Positions 48,717 to 60,153 of a stretch of DNA of 64,000 nucleotides are shown one piece after another. Under the pieces are notes generated by a model, which was not told the origin of the DNA, ran no database searches, and saw only the letters and a list, made by a program, of their open reading frames with translations. Position 1 is the first letter of the stretch; each line of letters starts with the position of its first letter. The DNA comes from Klebsormidium nitens (taxonomy: Eukaryota > Plantae > Klebsormidiophyceae), in NCBI GenBank assembly GCA_000708835.1, contig DF237299.1:33660-97659 (forward strand), in the 5' to 3' direction. The position numbers and the translations under genes were made by a program.

Positions 48717-51700
48717 GTTGGTGCCTCTGGCGTCATACCCAGACTTTGTTGTGGATCAGATGCTGCTTCTTAGCCGCTCTGAGGAAACTCAGAAGCACTG
48801 CCACAGCTGCAACCACAGGCTGTGGGACCTGCAGGGGACGGAGGGCGGCACAATCCTCGTTTGCAAGAAGCGAGCAGCGGTAGACCGGGAGGGGTTTATC
48901 ATATGCCAAGCGCAGAACTGCCCCCAATACGCCGGAGCCGGTGACCAGCGGTCACGCAGGATCTTTTGCCTGAGATGCACGACACTGCGGGAGAGGGGTG
49001 GGGGGGCAATAGCTTTCGATGCCTGCTTCGGTGTGAGGGAGGGGGGCGGCTTCGAACAGCTGCTGCAGGAGTGCCTTCATTGCAGGAGCGGGTCTGGCAA
49101 GCAGTGCAAGCGGGGAGACACAGACGACAGCACCTGTCCTAGGTTGATCCACCAACGGGATTTCGAGAAGCCTCAGAAGCGGACGGCGCCCATCCCTGAT
49201 ACCAAACCCCTAGCCCCTTACGCATACCCCGGCCTCCGTTACATGGCCTCCCACCTGCCATGGCTCCCTTTGCCTGATCAGTGGTTCTCCACCCATGGAC
49301 TCGCTCCAGAGCCCGTGCCCAGAGTCCGGCTGCCGTGGGAGCCCTATCCCCACCACTGGCTGTTCTTTTCCCCAAAACAGCCCCCCAAAGGGACGCCTTT
49401 CCACACACTCCTTCCTACTTCCCCAAAGCACGGGCACCGCACTCACCTGTGGCCATTCCCAGAGTTACCCCCTCAGGAGTCTGTGTTCTACGTCCACCCA
49501 AGCAGCTGCCTTCCACCAGCCTTCTTGGCATGCGAACCAGCCTCTCTCCCACCAGAGGGCCTCTCCTACGAGCCCCAGCCACCGTACTCTTCCGGCGTCT
49601 TCTTCTACGGACGGGACCCCAGTCTGTTTGCTCTCTTCGAAGCAGCAAAGGATGCCCCACAGTCGGAGTCAAGGAAGCATGCAAAGAGATCTCCTGAAGT
49701 CAAGGTGAGCAGCTTTGCTTCAGCTCAAATGCAGACAGTGTCATGTGACCCTTGAGCTCACGTGCTGTCTGACTTCAACTTGACCCTTGAGCTCTCCTGA
49801 TGATGTGCTGTGTGACTTGAACTTGATCCTTTAGCCCTTCCGGAGACGTGCTGTGTGCTTCAACTTGGCCCTTGAGCTCTCCTGGTGATGTGCTGTGTGA
49901 CTGTGAACTGATCCTTGAGCTCTTTTGGTGACGTGCTGTGTGACTTGAACTCTGCTCTTCTGCCAGAACACTGGTTTGACTTGGCCACACTGTTCCTGTC
50001 CAGGTGCAACGCTGCGAGGAGATCCCTGCTGCTGTCTACACCCGCGAGCTGCCGTTGCTGGTTGAGGCCTTCAGGGCCAGGGCTGCGCAGGGCTGCCCCC
50101 TGCACACCGGTCCTCTGCGGGGCAACTACATGCTCATTGCTAACATCGAGCAGAAGTGGGAGGGGGAGGGCGGGGAGAGGGCTCTGCGAGCTCGCATTGT
50201 TGAGCCGGACCTGAAGACTGGGGCTGGGGGAAAGAACCCTGTCCGGACCCTCTGGCCTGTAAAGGTCCGGTTTGGGGTGGCCTCGGGGGGTGGCACAAGC
50301 CTGACGTGCAACTGCAAGCTCAAAGGCCCGGAAGACAAGTGCTACCACGTTGGCGTGCTGGAGGCTCTGACCGACCTGAGCACGCTGGACGTGTGGACAA
50401 CAGGCACGACGCATGAAGGGGTGGAGACAGTCCGGCGGGGGGCACGTGCCGTAAACTGGAGGGCTTTGGAAGGACAGAGCACAGTGGCTCTGACTTACGA
50501 AGCTGCTGCTGTCACCATCTACATTGTCCACAGCGGGTCCTCTGGGACGCTGGTGGCCAGGCGAGAGCTTGGCGACAGCGATGATGAGGCGCAGACGGCC
50601 AAGCCGAGGGGGAGGGGGGGCAAGTTCAGGGGGCGGGCGGTTAAACAGGGGCAGGCGGCTAACCCCGGAGACGAGTGGTTCTGCGAAGCGTGCACATTGG
50701 GGCAGATGGATCTGCACGGGCGGTGCATACACTCGTATCAGCTGGCGGGGCTGACCAAGGAGGAGTGGCAGCCGCAGGGGGAAGGTGTCCGGGTGCCTGA
50801 AACTGCGGAGGAGGTGTGGGGTCTCAACTTTGGCGTCAAGCCTTATCCCAAGCTGGGAACAGCAGCCACTATTGTGTGCACTTCCTGCCCCAGAGGTGCT
50901 GACAGAGAGTCTGCTAAGGTAACCCAGGCAAGGACGTGCCCCCACCTAGCCAGCCTGTCCCCCATTCCCACAGTGACCCCCCGAAGCGCAGAGGACCTTC
51001 GGACGGACCCGATCATCTTCGGGGAGCATTTGAAGGTTGCTCACGTGTGCACCCATGAGTGCCAGCTCAGGCCATGCGGCCAGCTGCCCCCGAGGGATAA
51101 CGAGCTCAACCAAGCAGCTGAGCAGGGGACCAGCCTGGAAGACACGCGCCGCTGGAGCCGGGAGGGGCGTTTCTGCCAAGCCCGCCCCGTCACCCCAGCC
51201 CCTTGTGGGGCGCCGTGGCATCTGAAATGGAACGGGGAAGGCAGGCTGATCAAAGCGAACGCGCTGCACGCAATCGACATCGGCACGTGGTGGTGCGGCC
51301 GCTGCAGGATGGGGTGTACCCTGAAGTACGACGCCGCTGCGGACGGTCTCTACTACCTAACTCCACAGACCCTCGTCACCCAGGAGGTGCTGAAGAGCAT
51401 GGAGGATGACCTGCTGCAAAAGGCAGCCTCCTTCCAACAGATTGTGCGTGGCTGGGAGGGCAAAGCCCTGAGGACGTTCACAGGTAATGGCCAGTGTCGT
51501 GCTTCTGAAAGCAGCTGTTGTCTGACCGCTGTACTGCTTCCTCTGGTGTCCATGCTGATTCCCCACCCTGGCATTGAAGTGATTATTACCATTTGCGCCT
51601 AAAANNNNNNNNNNNNNNNNNNNNNNNNNNNNNNNNNNNNNNNNNNNNNNNNNNNNNNNNNNNNNNNNNNNNNNNNNNNNNNNNNNNNNNNNNNNNNNNN

Positions 51701-54700
51701 NNNNNNNNNNNNNNNNNNNNNNNNNNNNNNNNNNNNNNNNNNNNNNNNNNNNNNNNNNNNNNNNNNNNNNNNNNNNNNNNNNNNNNNNNNNNNNNNNNNN
51801 NNNNNNNNNNNNNNNNNNNNNNNNNNNNNNNNNNNNNNNNNNNNNNNNNNNNNNNNNNNNNNNNNNNNNNNNNNNNNNNNNNNNNNNNNNNNNNNNNNNN
51901 NNNNNNNNNNNNNNNNNNNNNNNNNNNNNAAATCGAGCGTTACACGCAACCTGCGACACTTTCAACGAAGACTGTAATAAAGAATCCAACCAGGAAAACA
52001 GGAATGCTAGAAGGGATTAGATATCAGATCAGCTTTTGCTCGAATGCAGATGGCGAGCAGGACACCCGCATGCTGTGTGAGGACAAGGCGCGTCAGGGCA
52101 TCGAGCGCTACTTGCAGCACTTGGATGACCACCTGGTCGAGCAGTGGCGGAAGGAAGCCAGGCTCGAGCCCACCAGCGTCGTGGAGAGACCCCCTCACAA
52201 GCCAGAGTTCAAGCCAGAGAGCGGGCAACCTGGAGGCAAAGGCTACGTCTTGTTCGTCCCCCCTGAGAATCCTCTTGATCTGAAGGACGCCCTGCTCACA
52301 AAGTTCTTCAGGGCCGATGACCGAGTTGGGGGACATGCTGGGGGCGATTACGAGGGACGGGTTTCTGGCTATAATTTTGAGAAGGAGCAGTGGAAGGTAA
52401 GCTCTTGCCAGTTCTATTGTGCTACGTGAGGATGGTCGTGTTTCATTGCTGCATTGGCATGGTCTGCGCACATGATAGCGGTTCAGCCCCCCAAGGGAAT
52501 CTCTGAATCATCCTTGTTTCTGCACATCTGCCTCCACAGTTCAACACAATACTGGGCGCGTTGTGAGTAGCATGGTCTAGCGGGAGCTGTTGCACACAGT
52601 ATCATGCATACGAGGGTGAGCTGGCACCTTCAATAGAGCCTGCTTTCATGGCAGCTCTCCTTTTGCAGATTGCGTATGACGACGAAGACCGTGAAACCAT
52701 GTGCTTCAAGGAGCTGGCCCCTCTTGTGCACACTCTCCCTGAGGGCTACGTTGACAACAACCCAGATCCCACCGGCAGGGGGCACCCGGTCCCACCCTTC
52801 GCTCAAACAATTGGGGCAAACGTGCTCCTTCAAAGACCGACTTGGAATAGAGAGTACAGGGGACAGGTGATGGAGCGGGTGGGGCCCAGGCCGCTCAGCA
52901 ACGGGGAAAGCGGTTATGTGTACCAGGTATGGCTCTTCATTCCTTGAGCAGCGAAGCGCCTGTCTGCATGGGGCTTTCCTGGTTGCTTGGATGCATTTCA
53001 AAGGGTTAGCAACAGTTCAACGCTTCAATGGAGACTTGGGTACTTCCAGGCTTGAGATCCTGAAATCCCTTCAGCTAGGGGGTACTAAGGTACATCCTTC
53101 CTGAACCCCAGTTCAGAGCCCAGCCCACTCGCACTGATAACCAAGGTGTGTGTCTTTCTGGGCGTCAAAGCCAGCCCTAAAGCACCTGCTGTGAGTCTGG
53201 GCTTCGTCCTTTGGGGCGACTGCAAGATGGAGCCATGGCAGATATGCCTAGGCAGACCAACGGACAATTGTATCGATGTCACAGTCCTGGAACATATGGG
53301 CAGCAAACCATTGAGAGTATCGTCCCCGTCTTTCAATTTGCAGGTCAAGTTCGAGGACGACACGGTAGAAGACTTGGAGTTTGAGGAAGTCAAGGCAGCG
53401 CGCCAGCGATTCCAAGACAGCGAGTTTGGCAACAGCGACGCCCCCACGCTGACCCAGGTGGATCTTGAAGACATCAACCGGCCCTCAGCCCTGGGAACAT
53501 GTGCCCAGTGCGAAGCCGCTGGCGGGCCGCAGACGATTGTGATTGATGCCACGAGAACCCTGGCCCTCAAAACCGCAAAAGATCGATACGGGAAGCCATT
53601 TTCACTCGTCCCTTTCGGTCATCAAACGGTCAGGTCCTTCAGGCAGCCCCACTGAGCCCCTACTCTCTCCAGTGCCTCTGCTCTGATGAAGACCCCGTGT
53701 TACTCCTGCCTACAAAGGGGAGCAAGCAGACAGTCACAGAGAAGATGAAGCTGATTCCACGAGGCGTCAAGCGGAAGAAGGATAAGAAGACCGGGCAACC
53801 GATCGGACCCAAGACCGGACCGCGCACTCAGCTCCTGCGCTGGAGCCAGGCGCTTGTCATGTGGCCGGAAGATAGCAAGAAGGTCACGGCAGGGACTCCA
53901 ATCGAGGGCAACGAGGTCTTCAAGAGCGCAGCAGAGTATGTGGTGAGCAGCAAAGCCCTTCTTTGTGACCGATCTCTTACATGCGTAGGGGCCATAAGCT
54001 CTTGTGATTGCAAGTGCAGATGCACGGCCTGCACATATACACGAAAAGCGAGCTTTTTCCAGAGAGTATCCTCAAGTTGAGAGATGCCACTTTAGCCTCC
54101 CTAGGGAGACTCTCTGTCTCTTTTGATTATCTGCACATGCGTAGGGGCCATAAGCTACAACGTGCTCTTGTCTCTTCCTTTGTGATCCTGCTATTGGACA
54201 CGTGAGCCACGTCCTTTCTCTGTGGTTGTGATCATCTTGCGCTTGTTTGCAGGCTATGCTGCCACAGCTCCCCCGGTGCGTCCGGCGGTTGGTTGAGTAT
54301 GTCGTGGGGGCTGGGCATGGAATCACCGTGCGGAAGATGGGGTGCCCGGAGGGGCCCTGGAGGAACCTCTTCTACCATCTCGGGTCGCCTGAGTCAGATG
54401 ACGTCCTCATCTGCAAGGACGTGCAGAGCACAGTGTTGCGGTTGCTCCTGGGCAAGAGTGCTGGGCCTGTCACACTCACTGCAGATCAGCGGAAGGATCT
54501 GAGGGAGAAGTCCCCAGTCCTGGCTAAGGTCTTGCAGGAGGGGGCGCAGATGTCCGATGGAGGCTACTGGATATCAAAGGAGTTGCTCGACGCTCTCGAG
54601 TCGCTCCTCATCCACCTTCTTCAGATGTCCTACTTTGCGGTGGACCTTGACTGTGGGACTCGGGCTGTCGAGCTGCTAAAGGAGGCACTCGCGGCCTCTG

Positions 54701-55759
54701 CTGACTGGGGGGCACAGCGCGGGGAGCACCTGGAGCGCTACGTGGAGAAGATAGAGAGGCTCATGTACCGGAAGTTCTGGTTCAAGTTCATGGAAGAGAA
54801 GGCATGCAATCTGGGGCCTAACGCTCTAAGCTATGCCCAAAACGCAGCGCGCTTGTGTTCCTACTCGGTTGTTCGGCCCGTCACGCAAAACCCCGCCCTG
54901 GACAAGGTGAACGGAAGAGCGCTAAAGAGTCAGAGGAACAAGAAGTGCACAGGGAACTACGCCCCCAACGTGGAGCCACGGTTGAAGGTAAGTCCAACTG
55001 CGTCACAACCGGCAATGTTCCCCTCTTTTCTGAAGCATAGACGCTCTCTGGATAGTTCTGATTGCATGCAAGGGCAGCTACTTGCTCTTGCACGTAGAGA
55101 AGCTTATGTGTTTGTCATATGCAGAAATCCCTCCAGAAAAAGGTCGAGAACTCGCAGCGGTACATCGACAATCTTGCGATTATGTCCTGCGGGCACGGGG
55201 TTGTACTGGACTACATCATTGGTCTTGAGCCGGAGTCTGTGAAAGATGTCATTGTATATCTGGAGACCCGATTCAAATACCACCCCCCCAAGCTCATCAT
55301 CAACGACAACTCCTGCCAGGTGGAACGCAACGGAAAGCTTGTAAGATCCCCTCTCTCCAGCCTTCTCTCTGCTGCACTGCTGCAACTACCCCTCGTAAGC
55401 AAGCACTGTCTCTGATGCCATTTAGTCATGCATCTTTTGCTTATTCCCCTGCTCATTATCCTCCTTTCCTGCTTTTCCAGCGCAACCCCAACTTCATCGC
55501 GGGGTCATCTTTCTGTCTGGATGGTTTCCACGGATATGGGCACCGGTGCACGAGGCACTACATCCTGGGAGAGCGCTTTCCGGAGGCAAAGGACGAGACA
55601 TCAGTCGTAGAACATATCAATGACTGGCTGGCGGACTGGGAGAAAGTCTTCTACAACATGAGGACGGACACCCTCCAGCTTTTGCTCAACTTCATCATCC
55701 GTGCTCGAAACCACAAGAAGAACGAGGCCTTCAGGTCCCGACTTCTGCGTCTGAATTAA
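48717..55759 (+). mobile_element. KDZ-superfamily (Kyakuja-Dileera-Zisupton) DDE transposase gene, multi-exon, with accessory zinc-finger and Tudor-like domains; start not located
   Basis: Phase-consistent exons 48717-49704, 50004-51483, 52050-52396, 52669-52927, 53344-~53628, ~53673-53942, 54253-54987, 55125-55340 and 55481-55759. KDZ motifs: CAQCEAAGGPQTIVIDAT (D at 53545), MSCGHGVV..EPESVKDV, PKLIINDNSC (D at 55305), LDGFHGYGHRC, VVEHINDWL (E at 55610). SWIM-like motifs CNCKLKGPEDKCYH and CEAC..RCIH. Confidence 0.85.
49748..49955. repeat. Intronic ~42-bp imperfect tandem repeat, about 5 copies
   Basis: CCTTGAGCTC..GA(C/T)GTGCTGTGTGACTTGAACTTGA recurs inside intron 49705-50003. Confidence 0.85.
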
Positions 55760-56091
55760 GGGTAAGAGCACGCTGCACTTACCGTCCACTTGCATTTGGA
55801 TTGTCTTTGCCACCTCTCGTCCAGTCTCATTAGACCCCGTTTGTTTGCATTTCTGTAGGGCACACACCTAATGGGACTCTCTGAAGGTGCGACTCCGTAC
55901 CAGGCAAGGGTCTCCTGTGTATTCCATGTTCTCCAATCTGTTTGTTCAGCTTCGGGCCTTCTGCAACTTGTATACGTTGTTGTCTTGCTCGGCCTCTGCG
56001 GTACTGGCTTTAGGCATCTACAAGCAGCAGCAGCAGCTGAAGGATGTTGCGTCTCTCCCGAAGCAAGTATATTTCCCTTACAGGAGCGGCG

Positions 56092-56870
56092 TCACAGGCT
56101 CTGCATCTCCCTTCTCCATTGGTCGAGCTTCGTCCGTGAGAACGGGAGCTTCTGCTTCTTGCTCTGCTTTGCCAGCGTGGAACGGTCGGCCTCCGGCTGA
56201 AGGCCCAAGTACCTTTTGCGTGCCTCAGCCCAAGCGAACAGTGTCAGGTAGTCAGGAATCAGAGGCGGTTTGGATTTGTCTTGTAGATACTCTAAGACCC
56301 CATTATCAACCCGTCCGAGATTGCCCTCTCTTGCTGAGCGATTCGCGTCCAGACGTTTCTGTAGCTCCTGGAGCCGTGCCAGGTTCTTTTCGCGCTTTCC
56401 CGCCCACACACGCTGCTTTGCCCTCGAGCTCGACTGCCATGTGTGCTTGATGTCGTCGACCAGCCATGGAAGCCCTGCAATTGGGAGGTTGGTGCTGGCC
56501 TCACGCGGATCCGTTGATTTCGGTGCCCTCTGAATGACCACGTCCAATACTGGGACGTTGTGGTTGAATTCGAGGCTTCCAACCCTCACTCTCATCCTAT
56601 AATCAATACTTACAAGCCGCGGGCGACCGTTAGGCTCTTTAGGCAGATATCGCAGTCTGAACTGCAGATTATCGTTGTCACGAATCCTGTACAAGAAGCC
56701 CACGGGCGTGCCACTGATGACCCTCTCAACGTTGGGTGGCAGTATTCGCGCCAGCTCTTTCACCATGATAGTGACCGCCTTTCCGACCAGTGCAGTAGCC
56801 AAGCTGACCACATCATCCAAGTGCTGCCCTGGAGGCACATATATCTTTGTGTCAATGTCTTTTGAGACTC
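56092..56870 (-). CDS. Second (paralogous) nucleotidyltransferase copy, C-terminal part; 5' part lost in assembly gap
   Basis: Reads (R)VSKDIDTKIYVPPG...VLDVVIQ...GKREKNLARLQEL...MQSL*. About 21 amino-acid differences over ~205 aa versus the copy at 56891-57507. Confidence 0.75.
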
Positions 56871-56890
56871 NNNNNNNNNNNNNNNNNNNN

Positions 56891-58504
56891 AGGAATCAGA
56901 GGCGCTTTGGAACTGTCTCGTAGATACTCCAAGACCCCCATATTAACCCGTCCAAGATTGCCCTCTCTTGCTGAACGGCCAGCGTCCAGTCTCCTTTGTA
57001 GCTCCTGAAGTCTATCCAGATTTTTTTCGCGCTTTCCCGCCCACACACGCTGCTTTGCCCTCGAGCTCGACTGCCATGTGTGCTTGATGTCGTCAACGAG
57101 CCATGGTAGCCCCGCAATTGGGAGCTTGGTGCTGGCCTCGCGCGGATCCGTTGATTTCGGTGCCCTCTGAACGACCACGTCCAGCACAGGGATGTTATGG
57201 TTGAATTCGAGGCTGCCAACCCGCACCCTCATTCTGTAATCGATACTTACTAGCCGTGGGCGACCGTTGGGCTCTTTAGGCAGATAGCGCAGTCTGAACT
57301 GCAGATTGTCATTGTCACGAATTCTATACAAGAAGCCCACCGGCGTGCCACAGATGACGCTCTCAATATTGCGCGGCAGTATTCGTGCCCTCTCTTCCAC
57401 CATCATAGTCACTGCCTTGCCGACCAGTGCAGTAGTCAAGCTGACCACATCATCCAAGTGCGGCCCTGGTGGCACATATATCTTCGTGTCGATGTCCTTT
57501 GAGATCCGGATCCCGCTGTCGAAGCGCCTCATTGCATCCCCCCCGGTCACAAATATGCGCCCCAGAGATGCTTGACTGAGCCGCCCGTCAATTGCTTGTA
57601 TGGTCGCGTTGATGCACGGCCGCAGCGCTTCTATCAGCTGTGACTCACACATCTCTACCGCTGCTGCACCGCCTGGGAGATGATCGAGCGCCCTCAGAAG
57701 CAAACGCCCGATAATACCCTCGTTTCTATTTGCGAATTCTGTGCCGTCAAAAACCTGTACGAATGATTTTGCCAGGCCCTCATACCAAGCTGCGGCCTTC
57801 TTGCCACCCAGCCGTCGATCAAGATGCCTTTTGATCACCTGTCTCCTTATCTCATCAATATTGTACTTTTTCTCTGGTCGCTTCGACTTGATGAGTTCGA
57901 GGAACGTCACACACCCCTCGAGGTTAAGGTAGGGTGCATCTCTCGAAACATAGGTGTTTTGGAAACGACTGGGCACAAAAGCATCTCCCAGATTCATGAC
58001 TTGCACATCAATGTATGTTTTCTTCCGCTCTCCCAGTGCTATCCCGGTCAGGCGTGCTGGATATGGTGTCTCTGTGAGGACCATGGGCACAACACAGTCG
58101 CTAGCTTTTACCACTGTGTACACTCGCTTCTTTCGAATATCTTTGTTCATGCGCAATTTGTCAAGTAGCACGTCTTTGAAGTATTTGCAAAGCAGCGTCG
58201 AAGCTTGGATTGCGGCTTGCTCACTATTAACCAAGACCCACATGTCCCAATCGGCAGGCTCAAAGGCACTATATTCCGATTCAGATGAAATGGCCTGGGG
58301 ATCATCGTTGATGGCGCACAGCATGCTTTGACTGCCAACAATAACATGGCACCAGCCCTGAGACCGGATCCATTCGACAAACTGGTCAATATATGGCTGT
58401 AGAAGAACAGTTGTGTTGACACGTTTCTGGCGTTTGATAACGTCCTCTGCATACAACTGTTCATCAGGAACGACTAGGAGGGGTGGCAACGGGCCTTTGG
58501 ACAT
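56891..58504 (-). CDS. Intronless tandem two-domain Pol-beta-superfamily nucleotidyltransferase, resembling giant-virus poly(A)-polymerase-like NTases; 3' end in gap
   Basis: ATG at 58504 and more than 535 open codons. Domain 1: VIVGSQSM (58331-58336), ADWDMWV (58244-58252), YIDVQV, RPEKKYNIDEIRR. Domain 2: FVTGGDAM, SKDIDTK (57482-57496), VLDVVV, GKREKNLDRL. Confidence 0.8.
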
Positions 58505-58533
58505 TCTGAAAGACTCCACTAATATAGTCCGAT

Positions 58534-58785
58534 ATTATCTATGGGCTTGTCCTGGCCTGCACCTGCACAGGGGACTAAAGACCTGGGTTTCACCTGAACA
58601 CCGAGCTACTCCTCAGGACTCATGCCAAGCTATGGTTTATTCTGATCTCGCTCATAAACACCACGATTATCTATGGGCTAAATTTAGCCCTGGCCTGCAC
58701 CTCAACAGGTGGCTAAAGACCTGGACTTCACCTGAACACCGAGCTTCTCTCTGGACCTCATGCCAAGCTATGATACACCTGACCA
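58534..58785. repeat. Imperfect direct repeat, ~132-bp unit x2, immediately upstream of the nucleotidyltransferase ATG
   Basis: ATTATCTATGGGCT..CCTGGCCTGCACCT..CTAAAGACCTGG..TTCACCTGAACACCGAGCT..CTCATGCCAAGCTATG begins at 58534 and 58666. Confidence 0.85.
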
Positions 58786-60153
58786 GTTCTCAGCATTGGG
58801 TTTCCCTAACATCTATAGACCTGATCTCATAGGAAACCCGCAAAGCATCGCATGTCAACCTTGATCAGTTCTGCGACTATCCCTCAACTGCAACTGGCAA
58901 CTAGCAACTAGCAACTAGCAAGCTTGGCAAAGGCACAATAAGTAACGTCACCACGTGCAAGTATCCTTCCGCGAGTTGCCACAATGAGAACACGATCTTA
59001 TGGCATGTTCACCCGCCGAGCAGGGCGCGAGGAGTCCTTCGCTTGCATCATGACGCGCAGAGCAGCAAGGCAATCCATGAGGCTGCACACAAATAAGATG
59101 TTTTCAGGTTTGACCCACCTTTGCAACGAATACAAGTGCGAGGGGGAGGGGCTGCAGCAGCTGAAGCTAGTGGTGAAGATGCATGTGGGTGCATGCAAGC
59201 ATTGATCGAGGCAGCAAGCACTGGGCGTGACTTGCCGTTTGTGCGTTTGAATCCCGAGATTCCTTTCCCAGCGTTCTCCTTCCTGGACCCTTTGGATCCA
59301 GAGCCCTGCCTGACTACACTGACAACCAAGGTGTACGAATGTTGGGCATCAAAGCACTGCTTCGAGTATGGGCTTCGCCTGAGGGCGACTATCAAGGGTG
59401 CAATGGCATTCGCTTACAGCACCACAAGCGCCTGATGCGGGGCTCTCCGTCCTCCTGAAGGCTTTGCCTCGCTAGTGCCTCGGTACTTCAGTGCCGTGCA
59501 TGGGAGCTGGTGAAGCTGAGGCTTTGGTTCCTTTCGTTCAGCATACAAACGCTGGCTACTCGCCGTGCAACTTGACGATATAGGTGCTGCGCTTAGGAGC
59601 TGAAGTTGATGGAACTTCACGAATTTCAGCTTAGAACTAGCGGTTCTCAGCTACAGTAACCTGAAAACATCTGTCTTGGAGAGGCTTCCAATCCGATACA
59701 AGATAGCTTGATGGAACATGCGGTACCAAAGTGCTCACCACTGATGCAGTTTCGCCATGTGATAGACGGCTTCCTCCTCATGAGGATCCGCAGCCTGTGG
59801 AGGAGCCTGGCTTGTGGGTGATGTCTCCTCAAAGCTACTGCACCAAAGGCGGCAGAAACATGATCAAGGGTGTGACATGGTGGTCCTGATGCTCTCAAGA
59901 AACAGACCAAGCAACAAGTGACAGTGCATGTACCCCATTGATCATGACACTTTGATTCACTCGACAAGCAGATTCACCTATTGCTGATCCAGCAAGCAAT
60001 CTCACCCCCCTTCCCAATTGGGTGCGTGCATTCCTGTGATGACGGTGGGTGTGTTGGGCTGCCACAGCATCTGTGACAGTGCAGGGGAGCTTGCTGGCGA
60101 AACCTCCGCGTCGCGCTGCCTGTTTTCACCAAGAGCAGGAAACTGCAAAGGAG

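Noticed and set aside
47542-49955. Regular repeat arrays as CRISPR-like
   Set aside because: Units are contiguous degenerate tandem repeats without unique spacers, in a eukaryotic context with no cas genes.
55871-56450. Plus-strand ORFs 55871-56200 and 55887-56450
   Set aside because: Largely antisense shadows of the nucleotidyltransferase copy; no independent motifs.
59107-59435. Plus-strand exon-like segment (..EDACGCMQALIE..) as the displaced last exon of the Ulp1-like gene
   Set aside because: Splice phase fits, but that has a one-in-three chance; the motif is DACG rather than Q..DCG and the oxyanion Gln is absent. It may belong to another unresolved gene.
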